Positions 49,629 to 63,235 of a stretch of 64,000 nucleotides of DNA are shown piece by piece. Position 1 is the first letter of the stretch. Each line of letters opens with the position of its first letter. This DNA comes from Chrysomallon squamiferum (lineage: Eukaryota > Animalia > Mollusca), in the NCBI GenBank assembly GCA_012295275.1, contig CM022674.1, forward strand, positions 4,030,001 through 4,094,000. Direction: 5' to 3'. The notes below the pieces were generated by a model that saw nothing but the letters and a program-made list of their open reading frames with translations, ran no database searches and was not told where the DNA came from. A program made the position numbers and the translations under genes.

Positions 49629-49661
<33 letters not shown>

Positions 49662-49697
49662 TAATGAACACCTAGTTAAATATTTTACAATTTTTGT

Positions 49698-49915
49698 CTT
49701 CGTGGCTGAACGGTAAGGTAAGGTCGTTCGACTTCGGAGTGCGGGCGAATGGGTGTTATACGTTCGAGTCTCGACAGCGGCATCTGACGGGTTTTATGAC
49801 GTCGTGACTGGATTTTGTCCTCCTGCGCCAGTGCGTTCCCGACTACTGTCTACGTGCAGAATCTAATCAAACGTACATAAGACAGAGATCATTGAAATCC
49901 CCCAAAATACATACA
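49698..49915 (+). mobile_element. tRNA-derived SINE-like element
   Basis: A-box-like TGGCTGAACGG, B-box GTTCGAGTC, body ending CATAAGACAGAGA...AAATCC...AAAATACATAC tail; related copy at ~50540-50715. Confidence 0.65.
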
Positions 49916-50539
49916 AACACACATACACACAGCATTCTGGGTTCAATATATGACAATAATATCGACAAGTCTTCTGTACTGTTTAATCAGATTTCGAAGT
50001 CTGATGATCACGGCGCGGGAAATAGCAATTTGATTAAAAGCATACAATCAATATTAATTTTTTGAAAATAATGATAGCTATTATTTTAACAGCAGAAACA
50101 AGAACAAGTCTAGCCCGGTACGTAAAGGGAAATCACTCATGGAAAGTCTAGGCTTAAAAATAATCTCGTGCCTTTCGTTTGTGTTTATTTTAGTGAGCAT
50201 GTCAAAGAAGCTAAGCGTAAAAGGCGGACCCATGACACTGTAAAGCTGGCGCTAGATTTCTCCTAGTTATAATATGTAATATATATTTATTATAGATAAA
50301 TAAATAAAGTTTTATGAATGAATGCATGAATAAATAAATAAATAAATTAGCACACACACACACACACACACACACATACATACATACATACATACATACA
50401 TACATACATACAAATAAATAAAATGAAATAAATGAATGGATATCCGATCATAAGGGTTAATGAATTGGTGAACCGGGACATTAAATCGGGACGCGACGAT
50501 TAGTCTCGGTCACCGAGCAACCTTTATTAAATTAGTCTC

Positions 50540-50715
50540 GATTGCCGAACGGTGACGTCACGCGCCTTCGAGTCTCGTCTGCGGCACCTGTCGAGGTTTT
50601 TGAGGTCGCGATTGAACTTTATCTTCTCTCCTGTACCAGTGCGTGCCTGAATATTGTGTACGTGCAGAGGCTCATAAGACAGAGAATATTAAAATCCTAA
50701 AATACATATATGCAT
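50540..50715 (+). mobile_element. Second, diverged copy of the same SINE-like element
   Basis: Shares TTCGAGTCTCG..GCGGCA.CTG, CTCCTG..CCAGTGCGT, TACGTGCAGA and CATAAGACAGAGA with 49698-49915. Confidence 0.6.
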
Positions 50716-50907
50716 ACATGCATGCATATAGATAAATAAAATTAAATAAATAAAGAGATAACCGATTTTATAACGATCGATGAACTTGTGAACCGGGACA
50801 TTAAATTGAACAACAACCCTTTTTTTTGTTTTTTTGTTCCGATTATAAGTAACAAAGGTAATAAGATAAAACTATTATAACCACTTAATAGAAATATTGA
50901 TGCAAAC

Positions 50908-50979
<72 letters not shown>

Positions 50980-51466
50980 CAACAACAACAACAAGAACAG
51001 CAACAATAAAAACAACAGTTATAACAGCATTAACAGAATAACAAAATGTTAATAATATTACAGTTCACATTTCTTTGAAAACCGAACGTAAGTCAAATCA
51101 CATAGAAACATAATGGCAAAAGGTAATAATAACCAATATATGCTGTTCCATTTTATGTTTCATTTAGTTAGTTAGTTACTAAATATCATCATCATCATCA
51201 TCATCATTATAATGATCATTGTTATTATTATCGTTATTATTATTTATTTTATTTTATTTAATTAAAAAAAAAAAAAAAATGAAAAATGAAAAACGAAGAT
51301 AGATTTACTGTCATTTCTTTACGTACACAGTGACGTCACACCTGGCAATACAGTGTTAAAATGGCCGCGTTGAAATACTTTATAACTATATTATTACACA
51401 GTCATAATTTGATATTAATGATGATAGATCGCTCAAAGCAGTGAAATAATAATTTGGAAGATAAAA

Positions 51467-51506
<40 letters not shown>

Positions 51507-52014
51507 TTTTATTCTTAGGATTACTGCTTCACGTTAATATATTAAACTTTCACCTGAATATTAACTGATAAAATATTTCTCTTAATATACCTGTTATCTG
51601 TTACCACACATATAATATTTATTTATGTTTTATTAAACAAAAATAAAAAATAAAACATTTATTACTGTACTACTTGATCATCAAAACATTTCTACAATCG
51701 GTAAAACTAAAATAAACGTGTCAAATTTAAATGATTCAGCAAAGTTTAATGGACAATAAATTGTAAACTTGATACTTAGGTTTCTCCTCGTGAAATTAGA
51801 AACGCCAGCTGAAACGATATATGACGAATTTAGACGGAGGACAACAAACTAAAGTAATCGCGGTTTTTCGCTTTTGACACGAGTAAATAATTCATTTCAA
51901 AGTGTGTTTTTTGTACCAGTCTGTTCCTTCCAATAGTAAATATTATTTTTCTTCTAACTTTAAATAAAATATATCATCATCATCATCATCATTATTATTA
52001 TTATTATTTTTATA

Positions 52015-52070
<56 letters not shown>

Positions 52071-52575
52071 CTTTTGTAATGTGTATGGTATTTTCCTTTT
52101 TCATAGGTCTTCAACAAAACTTGTTTCCAGCCACTTAATGCACAAGTGTGTATGTGTGTATGTAATGTGTTTATGAGAGAGGGAGACACACATACACACA
52201 CACGCACATACACACACACACAAACACACACATACATATATACAGTATGTATATGTATACAATAAATAAATAAAAAATAATACTAACAACAACAACGACG
52301 ACAACAATAACGACAACAACAGCAACAATGATGATGATGATGAAGATGATGATAATGATGATAATAGTTTTACCGTTTCAAAATATTAATTTTAAATGGA
52401 AAACGAACAAACTAGAATACAACAACAACAAATCACGTTATTATAAACAGGAAACAGTGAACAGAATGGGAAACTGAGGCGAGATCACGCGACTGTGAAA
52501 GTCTTGGCAGACACTAAGGACAACTGAAGATTTTATTGCAAGGAGCGGAACGCCGGAATTGAATCCGTAAACCGG

Positions 52576-52676
<101 letters not shown>

Positions 52677-52756
52677 ACACTACATAAACACACTCTCTCT
52701 CTCTCTCTTTCTCTCTATCTCTCAGTCTCTCATTCACACATCACACATACACACAC

Positions 52757-52886
<130 letters not shown>

Positions 52887-53057
52887 GATGGTCGATAAAA
52901 CGCTTGTTATCATACAAATTAACATTAATATTGCTAACTGTCTTTAATAAAACACATGCTAAAATATGTTTTTTTCCAATAACAGATATTTATTGTTTAG
53001 CACAGATGCAGTATATATTTATTTATTTATTTATTTAGTCACATCATACATAAATAA

Positions 53058-53127
53058 GCATGGGGCCCCTTTGCTGGTAGGACCCCCGGGCATCTACCCA
53101 GCGTGCCCATGCTTAAAGACGACCCTG
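53058..53127 (-). mobile_element. GC-rich hAT-like terminal fragment
   Basis: The minus strand begins CAGGGTCGTCTTTAAGCATGGGCACGCTGGGTAGATGCCCGGGGGTCC, resembling CAGGGCCG-type hAT MITE ends (from recall, not a database match). Confidence 0.4.
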
Positions 53128-53809
53128 AGAAGTAGTAGCAGCAGTGGTAGTAGTAGTAGTAGGTGTAACGGTAGTATTAGCAGTAGCAAGCTAAACGCAA
53201 CAGAATAGAATGGTAGCAGCAGTAACATCAGCAGTGGTAATAGTTGCATCAGTAGCAGCATTTTGTATTAGTAATAGTAGTAGTAATAATTGCTGTGGTG
53301 GTGATAACAATAGAAGTGATGGTTTGTGGGTATAATAGTAGAAGTTGGAACATCAGTACTTTCACTAGTAAAATGCTTCTTCTTCTTCTTCTTTTTTGTT
53401 TTCCTCCTAAATTACAACGTGTTTAAATTAAATTCAGGCGAACGAAATCATGTCCGTTACGAAAACAGATGTTTCTGAATTACTGTTTGTTGCTAATTCG
53501 TGTTTGAAGACGTTTTCTTTTTTTTTTTTTTTTTTTTTCTTGCCGGCGAAAAGGAACGATCCGTTACATATAGCAACATACATACTTACATGCTTTGTCA
53601 TGATCATGTGACTCCTTCTTTTTTTTTTCTTTATTTGTGTAGCCAATGACAGCAGCCATAAGATATACCCGGATATTTTATATATCATTCTTTAACGTGC
53701 ATTCACCTACACTTGTTTGGCTGGTCTCGTATGAACTAGATCGAGGACACTAAAAAATAAAAGATAAAAAAATAAAATAAAATAAAATAATAATTAAAAA
53801 AAAAAAAAA

Positions 53810-54102
53810 ATGTCGATTTCCTGGTTCGTGCTGTTGTCTTGTCTCGTTGCCATAGCAAAAGCTCAGGATTTCGATGGAGGCAAGTGCCAGATTAAACCGT
53901 GCTGTGTACCTAAAAAATGGGAAGGTTACCAAGCCCCTATGGGGGGTGTTGTAATCCATGGTCGCCCCGGCATGGTTGCGGTAAGTTAATGTTTAATAAC
54001 TGTATTGAAGGTATATATATATATAAAATAAAATAAATAAAATTAAATTAAAATTAAAAGATAAAAATCTATCTAAAACAATATTTCAAACATACGAATA
54101 TA

Positions 54103-54137
<35 letters not shown>

Positions 54138-54559
54138 CACACACATGTGCCGACAGATCATTTCTAAATTTAGATATATTTTCAAATAAACAGTTGTGTG
54201 TATTAGTTTATAATTTAAAACGTTTCTTTTATAATAAATTGAAAAGAAGAAGAAGAAAAGAAGAAGAAGAAGACGACGAAGAATAAAAGATCTAAATATG
54301 CTTATTGTTATTTATTTGTTTCTTGGTGAAAAATAAAACCAAGGTAGTTCTTATATATAAACGCCATTATAGTTCGTTTTTAGGTAACGCAGATCAAAAA
54401 CGAAAAACAATCTCCATTACATGGAAATGTAGAAAATGTATTTAATTATTTCTTATCAAAAGTCGTAAACCTTGAAATAAAACGTAGCATTGTCGATTAA
54501 CAGTGTCAAAACGAAGAGGTAGGTGAATTATCTTCCATTTTTATTTTGTTCATTGGTTA

Positions 54560-54604
<45 letters not shown>

Positions 54605-55045
54605 TTAGTAAATATTTTACATGTTTGTATAAAACGTTCGTTCGTCACGGTCCCGCACTTTTAATTCTTCATTATAAAGCAAAACGACTGTGCAGGAATA
54701 TCAAATAAACAAGTTCAAGGCCACATCAGCTTTTTTTTCCCACTGATATACAAAAAGAAACCAACATGTGACTATGATGGTTGCACAGAATCAGGTCTCG
54801 GTTCACGTGATTCGCTCCTATATCAATATTCTTTTATTAATGTATTTGACCGAGTGAGTGAGTAAGCGAGTTAAAAATTAAGTTGCTAGTCGGAGCAAAT
54901 TGTTGACAAGCTGTCAAGCACCCCTGTGACACTCATGCTCTCTGACACACCCATAGGGTTCGTTTGTCGCATGCGACAAGATGTCGTTTTTACACAAATG
55001 GTTGCATGTTGAAAGATAGTCGGAATTACCGTTCTTCATTCAAAT

Positions 55046-55098
<53 letters not shown>

Positions 55099-56258
55099 CA
55101 AATAAACAAAATCAACAACAAACAAAAAACCTAAATATTTATTTATTTATTTATATTTACTTATGTATTTATACATTTATATTAATTATTTATTTATTTC
55201 TGTTATTTATTTATTTATAGTTACTTATTTATTTATACATTTATTTTAATTATTTATTTATTCATGTCATCTATTTATTTATATTTACTTATTTATTTAT
55301 ATGAATTATTTATTTATTCATTTTATTTAATTATCTTTACTTATTTATTTATACATTTATATTAATTATTTACTTATTCATGTTATTTATTTATTTATTT
55401 ATTTATGCTGTTTATCTATTGAAAAGACGTCGAAAGTGTTTCTGTTTGGTTGTTGTGATTTTGATGCTTAATTCAGTCGTTTTAGTTATACTGGTTGTAT
55501 GACTGAAACGTGGGCAATAAATTTGAGGTGTAAGTGCGTATGCGCGCGCATACGCGCAGTCACGCACGTGCACATACTGTAGATAGTAAATACAAATAAA
55601 GACAGAAAGATAGAAACTAGCAAAGTGCAAAAGATCAAAATCACAGATAGATTGTGATTACAAGAACAAAAATGTGTTCGTGCATGCTTAAGTCGTACGT
55701 TTGGAGAACAACAACAAGAAGAACATTTAATAAATAAATAAATAAAAAGTAAATAAATACAGAAAGAAAAAGTGAAATAGACTGATTCTGCAAAGTGTGC
55801 ATGTTTCTACGTGCACGTGCAATTAACAAGACTATTTAATTTTTTAACAGGGTATTACAGAAGTGCACTACGATGCCGTTAACAAGATGAAAATGTCAAG
55901 GTCAAATATGACTCTAGAAGGACATTACGTATCCGTGAAAAGTGTTTTAAAAGACGTAAGTACACTGGCATTAAAGTGCATATCGTCGGTAGTGTCCGGG
56001 TATTTCCGTAAATATTATGGAAGTCTAGTGATTATAATAATATTAATATATTCTGTTTTATTTTATTTTTAATAATAATAATTATTATTTGTTGTGTTTT
56101 TTTGGTAAAAATTGACATTGTTGGCATTTTTCGTTAATTTTCACGAATATTATGGATGTCTTGAAGTGACTGTAATTTTAATTAATTAATTAATATATTT
56201 TATTTCTTAAGTTTATTATTTTATTTTATTTTATTATTTTTGTGAATGCGTGTGTGTA

Positions 56259-56297
<39 letters not shown>

Positions 56298-56645
56298 TTA
56301 TAATTTCAGAAAACTTTGTACGTAGTGGACATGTTGAGAAACAAATGCTACAAAAAGAAATGGAGGAGACCTTTTAGAGAAATGTGCATTCCTAGTAAGT
56401 ATTGTATGTAAGGATATGCATGCACGTGTGTATGTATGGCAGAATATTTGTGTCTGTATTTGTGTTTGTGTATATAGATGTCAGTGTGTGTTTCTCTGTA
56501 TGTATGTGTACGAAGATGTGCATGTGTATATTATGTACACATGTGTATGTTTAAATAATGTGCTTGTATGTGTGTGTGTGTGTATGCATTATTGTTATTA
56601 CTATTGCTATTTTCGTTATCGTTTCGTTATTATTATTGTTGTTAA

Positions 56646-56679
<34 letters not shown>

Positions 56680-57357
56680 ATTATTGTGGTTGTTGTTGAT
56701 GTTATTCTTATTCTTGTTATTTTAGAAACGGCTAAATGTTCAGGACATTTTTATTACGGCAGTGGAAACAACAAAATTGAAGGTGACACGTACTTCGTCG
56801 ATGTTCACGGGCCAAGAAGAACAAATCTCAAAGTTTTCGGTTCTGTGACGAAGAATTGCATTCCACTTGGCGCTGCCTTTTTCGGCAGAATAAGAGGAAG
56901 TAAATAACTTTATTCTTCTTCTTATTATTTTTAAACCTTTATTTTTCCTCTTTCCTTTTTTTTTTTTGTTGTTGTATATATTTGTAGTTACCACTAGAGA
57001 TACTATTTTCCTTTATCTTGTTGTTGATGTTGTTGGGGCTTTTGGTTTTTTTTATTTTTATTATTATTGTCGTCATTATCACCATCAACATCATCATTGT
57101 GTTATTATTATTTTAGGTGATGTTTTCATCTTTGCTGTTATTTTATTGTTGTTGTTGTTGTTGTTGTTCTTATTATTTTTACTGTGATTGTTGTTGTTAT
57201 TGTTATTTTATTATTTTTATTTTATTATTATTATTATTATTTAATTATTTATTTTTATTACTGTTATTATTGTTATTCTTGTTGCTATTATTGTTATTAT
57301 CACCATCATCATTTCCATTATTATTACAGGTTTTGTCATCTTTCTTATTGTTTTATT

Positions 57358-57408
<51 letters not shown>

Positions 57409-57525
57409 TTTATTGTTATTATAATTATTATTATTTTTGTTGTTGTTATTATTTTAATAACATTTTATTTTTATCATTGGTTCTTTTGTTTTTGTTGATA
57501 GGGCTGCTGGTGGTGTTACCATTTT

Positions 57526-57560
<35 letters not shown>

Positions 57561-57761
57561 CCATCATCATTATTATTAATTTAAATACTCTCTTTTTATA
57601 TATTTTCAGTGCCAATAGAAGAAACTGTGGGCTTTTTCAACATCAAAGTTGGGATCAAGGATCCGTCAGTTTTTGATGTTCCCAAGCAGTGCAAGGACGG
57701 AACTTTTGAAATGTTCTCCCCTGAAAGCGAGGCAAAGGAGTATCAGATATTTGGCTTCTGA
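53810..57761 (+). CDS. EPDR: Secreted ependymin-related protein, 5 exons, 228 aa
   Basis: Exons 53810-53980, 55851-55955, 56310-56394, 56726-56899, 57610-57761 total 687 nt in frame. Signal peptide MSISWFVLLSCLVAIAKA, then CCVPKKWEG, HYDAVNK, CYKKKWRRPFREMCIP, NCIP and FFNIKVGIKDPSVFDVPKQC, the ependymin-family cysteine and motif pattern. Confidence 0.92.
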
Positions 57762-58242
57762 AGAGACACAGAAATATGCTTTGTTCACTGTTTCTAGAAC
57801 ATTTTCTTAAATTTTTTTTTTGCAAAATAGAAATTATCTTTTGTTCAGAGATTTCTGTGATACTAACATATGTAATTTATGTAATTATTGAATAATATGA
57901 TTATTATTGATATTATTATTATTGTTTTTGTTGTTGTTGTTGTTATTATTATTATTATTGTTATTGTTATTATTATTATTAAATAAAGTGTTTAAAATAA
58001 TTAAAAAAAACTACCAACGAAAATTTAAATACCACCCCAAAAAAAAAAAAAAAAAAACAATCCTCCCTGCCAATATTTATGGCATATTGCACATAAATAT
58101 TTTATGTAATTATTATTTGCTGTGCCATAGGTCTATCTGCCTGGAATACAGGAATATTAATACCGATGTCAAATTAAAATATAATCGTAATTGTACTTGG
58201 TTTACTATTTTTATAACACTATTGTTTTTATTTTTGTTATTA

Positions 58243-58289
<47 letters not shown>

Positions 58290-59311
58290 TTTTTTATGTG
58301 TTAAAGCTTTGTTTGTCTGCTTACTATTAACATAAAATGTTTAATCTGTGTTTCTCTTTCATGCTTCAACATTCCAAATCTTAACTAGATTTTTTTTTTT
58401 TAGCAGAGAATATAATCATGATTTTCAATTTAATTTGTTTCTGTATGCATATTTAAATGCTTTGAAATATAAAAATATTAGTTATTATTATGATTTTTGT
58501 TTTAAGAAATTTTGCTAACAAAAACGTATTTAACAAATAAATATCTGCCAAATAAAATTTATAAAAAAATAAAATATATTATAAAATAATAAATAAACAA
58601 ACAAACAAACAAACAAAATTAAACAAACAAACAAACAAACAAACAAACAAACAAACATAAATAAATAAATAAACAACAACATATTTTTAGTTTCTTTTCA
58701 TCTTGGGATTTCATGCAAAAGAAAGTATAATATATAAACCGGAAATTAAATTATATCTCTCTGTTAAATGAACGTATTTCAGCTAATTTTTTTTTTTTTT
58801 TTTTTTTTATTTGCCACCAAACTCCGCCTAAATGTGTAACTGATTCTTAAACATTTCAATTCTTATTATTTTATTATATTTTTATAACAATTGTAATATC
58901 TCAATTTTTAAAATAATTGCAGAATTTGTTTCAACCAAATTATATCAATATGTTTTTTGTAATAAATAAACTTCTGCAAATACTATTTTTTTGTTATTTC
59001 ATTATTTTGGTTAGACATGCACACAGATTTATGTTTTTTTTTTTTCCTACGGTTTCTAGGAGGCAAAAAGCACTTTATATATCCGTCTTCATATTAAATA
59101 CCAGCCAAATTATTTTTTCACGAACGACAACCCTTTCATTTTATTAATACTTTATTTTCGTAGACAGTCAAACATCGACAAATACAGTTACTTACACAGT
59201 TATTAAGAGACAACAGATAGCAGAGGCGATTTATAGTTTAGGTAAGGGGATGGGGTTTGCGAAACAATATGTTAATATTTATCATTTGAAATAATTAATT
59301 TTGAACGATAT

Positions 59312-59389
<78 letters not shown>

Positions 59390-59505
59390 GCAACCTACTA
59401 GGACAGACTGTTGAGCTGATAATGGAAACTCATCAGTAGATCAGTACAAATGGTCCATACTAATTACATTGTTAGTTTTATTAATTTGTTTTGATTCTTT
59501 ACATG

Positions 59506-59790
59506 AGGGGTGCCCAATACGTCCATCACGAACGATCGACCTGTCGATTCCCAGTGTACTGCTGGTAGATCGAGCTCCATCCAGTGCAGGTCATCTAAGT
59601 AAGGTAGTGACCATAAATGTATTCAGGTGTATTGTGCCGTGAGCATTCATGCACTGATGCAAGGTGCGCAAACATATTTTGTATATATAAAGTACACTCA
59701 GTACATATACGAATATTATTTTTCGCATTTTTCGAAACGGGTAGATCATTTTGACCTGGTCATTTTAAAAGTAGCTCGCAAGCAGGGAAA
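59506..59790 (+). mobile_element. hAT-type MITE remnant, right end truncated
   Basis: Starts (G)AGGGGTGCCCAATACGTC...GATCGAC...GGTAGATCG and has subterminal GGTAGATCATTTTGACCTGGTCATTTTAAAAGTAGCTCGCAAGC, a layout typical of CAGGGGTG-ended hAT elements (from recall). Confidence 0.55.
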
Positions 59791-61237
59791 CTCCCTCCAA
59801 TGTAATCCACACACGCACACACACAACAGTTATGAGTTAATTTAAAAAAAAAATAATAATAATAATTAATTGAATAGGTCTACTATTTATTCTGTAAAAA
59901 AATAATATATATGAAAATAGTAGTAGTAACAACAACAACAACACAAAAATAGCGCATTTGAATCCATCAGTCTAAACGAGACAACATCGGTAGATTTCGG
60001 TCGAAACCGCAATTTTGCCCGACCCCATGCAGAATTCAAAATGTTAAAGATTCATAAATTATATTACTGCTGTGTCAGTGACAGTATTCATTTATAATAT
60101 TAAATAAGGTACGTATTATTTCACCCATATTTGTATTCCATATAAATACCTTAATTATGGATTCTTTTATTGACGCTGTAATTGTTTTGTCTGTAATTAC
60201 GAAATAGAGAAAAGGTATTACCGTTCTTTACTTAATATCGTTCTACTACGTAAATCGAATTTAAACATTTATTATATTAAAAATAAATTCATTGAATTAG
60301 AAACATATATATATATATATATATATAAATCGAATGAAAAGCCAAAATTAAAAGTGAAATTAATGTTCTGTAAATTGAAAACAACAACAACAATAATAAT
60401 AATAATCATGGGATAAAAAAATATTTTATTTGTTCATAAATATATATTCACCTCCCAAATGTAATTGTAAACATTAACAAACTATTTTTATTAAAAAAGA
60501 TAAAAGAAATATGACATTTTTATTTTAAATCCCATTTTCACCTAGCAGAGTTCATTATTTTTATAACAAGATATTTATTAGAATCTAGAATTAATTTTCA
60601 CATCTGTTTATGACAGTTGGCACATTTTTATGGTAATTGGTTAGATGTTTGAGAAATGATCCCTGATGATGTAGCTTAAAAGAGAAAATCTATGTTTTGT
60701 ACTTCAAGGCTTTATGAATTAGCAGCATGGGGCCATCTCTGTGTGTTTCAGTAATGTTATTGACAGAAAAACCTTTGAAAAGTTTGATATATCATTTTAG
60801 GGTTTCTGTTTGATAATTAGAAATTAAAATTTGGAAAGAAACACACTCATACACACACACACACACACAGAGTAAGAGAAAAGAAGAAATAAAACAATAA
60901 GAAAGGAAAATGTAAAACAAAAGAAGCTTTAAAAAATACTAACAAATGTAATAAATAAAATTTTATGAAAAGATAGTGTGTATGTATTTATATATTAGTT
61001 TTTTTTTTTTTTTTTTTTTTAATAATAAAAAATAGATGTCTTGTTACTAAAATACAATAATTTAAAAATATTTATGTTTTATCAGAATTTGGCAGCAACT
61101 AACTTCTCTTTGCTCCCATTAGCCCATTCTGTAATAGGTTGTCCTGCTGCCTTCATTATTTAATTTCCAGTTTAACTCTTTGTTTATTTAAATCTCTTTC
61201 CTTACAGCAACACATGTAATCATATGAAGGAGTTAAA

Positions 61238-63235
61238 ATGAGTAGCTTAACATCTTTTGATCTCCACACAGAGGATATTCGACTTATAAAACACCAGAAT
61301 TGTGTTTACAAGGTCAAGGTCATTTGCAATGGCATTCCTGAAGCAGTTACCTCTTCCCTTCAAGTGAGTATCTGAACATTTCTTAAATTTGTCTCTGATG
61401 ATTTGAATATGAATTTCTAGAATAAACTGAAATAATAACAGTAAAAAGAAATTTATAAAGAAAAATATTTGATAAAAAAAAATGTTGTTCCTAGTCTTTT
61501 ATAGAATACAATTAATAACCAAACAATTATTAAAAAAAAAAATTTAAAATAAAATGTTCTTTAAAAAAATAAGAAAAATTATAAAAAAGAAATTTTATAA
61601 AAGAAAAAAAGAAGCATATAATAATGTTCTTGACCTTTTATAAAATAAATATTAACAGACAAATAAAATAATTAAATAACATTGAAAATTGACTTAGAGA
61701 ACAAGAAAAGTTAAATAAATAAATAGAAAAATAAAGAATTTGTATAAATTAATAATTTAAAAAAACAAATTCTGAAATATTCCTGACATTTTATAAAACA
61801 AAAATAAACAAACAGTAAAATAATATAAAGAAAAGAAATTAAAAAAACAAAACAATAAACAATTGTAATAATTAATTTAAAAAGTAATATAACAAATAAT
61901 TAATTCAAAAAGTAAAATAAAAGAGAAACACATGCACACATATAAATAAAATTTAGATTAAAAATAAAATAATCATACCTTTTTATTTAATATTTTGTTT
62001 TTTACATAAATAATTTTTAGTCTGCTGCTGATTTTGAATTGGAACAAATATTCCGAGCTGTTGTTTATGCTGAGGAACGAGGAAAACATTTGTCACTCAT
62101 CGAAACTAGCAACTTCTTTGTGTCATTTACAAAACCATTTTGGAAAACGTCTGAAAAACTGGGATTGAAAAAGGATGGCCAACCACTCAACCTCTATCCT
62201 CACGTTTTAGTCTTCAGAGTCTTTCTGAAGGAAGACAGTCCTTTGAAATTAAAAAAGCCTGATGGAGGGGAAGAAAGGAATAACTTAAATGATAATGAAG
62301 ACGATGGAGTAGGACATACATCAGCAATTAGAAATTCACTTCCAAAAAATTCAGCGTCTTCTGATAAAAATTCAGTGCCGAAAAATTCAGCTTCTGCTGA
62401 TACAGATTCAGTTCGGAAAAATTCAGGATCAAGTCAGAGAAACTCGGTGAGGGGACGCAAAAATTCAGTGTCACACCACAAAAATTCGGCATCAGCTGAC
62501 AGAAATTCAGCTTCATGCCATAAAAAGTTAGTTTGTGGCCGTAGAAATTCATTTTGCAGAGAAAACGGTGTTGTATCTCCAGCAAAAAAATCTAAAATAT
62601 CTAGAGATGTTTCAGAGTCACCAGGGACTGGTCATCAAACAGAAATGGGTGCTGCACAAAGCAGATTACAAAGATATGTACAGAGAAACCGAACGCTGCA
62701 TACAACATGTAGTAAAAGAAAGCAGAATAAATCAAAAATAACTTGTCCTCAAGCTGTCAGGAAATCTCCACGATTTTATCCCGGTGAACAGACAAAATTG
62801 ACGGAACAGGTTGGCCCTGATGCTGAAAATATCGAGGACGAGGAAGTGAAAGATGCACACACACCCCATCTGAAATCAAAAATGTCTACGAAACATAAGA
62901 AGATTTTGCCAAATTCTAAATCAAAAGCCCGTCGTTCGAAATCGGTTTCGTCAGTGGAATCGAGAAATAATCAAACAAGAAAGACGAATAAGAATAATTC
63001 AAACAGCCAGTCTAGTAATAACAGTGCTTCAAGGAGCAAGAAAGCTGTTTTTATTTCTCAAGGCGATGGTGATTTGACTGAAGGACAAGGATGTGAAGAT
63101 AACATCAAAGTTCAGATGCTCGCAAGGTCCAGTCTGCCAAGAAGAAGTCCCAGACTACATCGACAAAGTTTTGGACTCTGGGGTTTCGTGGAAACTATAG
63201 CAACACCATTCAAACATCTGATTAAAAGAAAATAA
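61238..63235 (+). CDS. MAJIN: Membrane-anchored junction protein (MAJIN) homolog, 446 aa
   Basis: Exons 61238-61363 and 62021-63235 (1341 nt, phase 0, GTGAGT/TTTTAG). The N-terminus MSSLTSF..R..VYKVKV..ELEQIFRAVV..L..ETSNFFV..K..W..L..K..L.LYPHVLVFRVFLK aligns by eye with the vertebrate MAJIN N-terminal domain (MSLKPF..ETRF..VYKFKI..ELEDSVRVVL..FATEHFIV..K.KW..LIPYPFVFTLYV). C-terminal GLWGFVETIATPFKHLIKRK resembles the MAJIN membrane-anchor tail. Possible 5'UTR exon ending ~60108. Confidence 0.8.
62330..62565 (+). repeat. Coding tandem repeat (K/R-N-S-x, mostly 7 aa / 21 nt) within MAJIN
   Basis: RNSLP KNSASSD KNSVP KNSASAD TDSVR KNSGSSQ RNSVRGR KNSVSHH KNSASAD RNSASCH KKLVCGR RNSFC; recurring AAATTC(A/G) in the DNA. 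Confidence 0.85.

Noticed and set aside
49698-49790. Possible tRNA gene (A and B boxes)
   Set aside because: No convincing cloverleaf, and it continues into a body shared with a second copy; better explained as a SINE head.
61400-61920. Loose ~140-150-bp repeats in the MAJIN intron and higher-order (TTTA)n repeats at 55140-55410
   Set aside because: Low-complexity A/T-rich sequence; similarity could arise by slippage and suggests no function.
62039-63235. 398-aa single-exon ORF starting at TTG 62039
   Set aside because: The true start is in the upstream exon (ATG 61238), spliced to the acceptor at 62020/62021.
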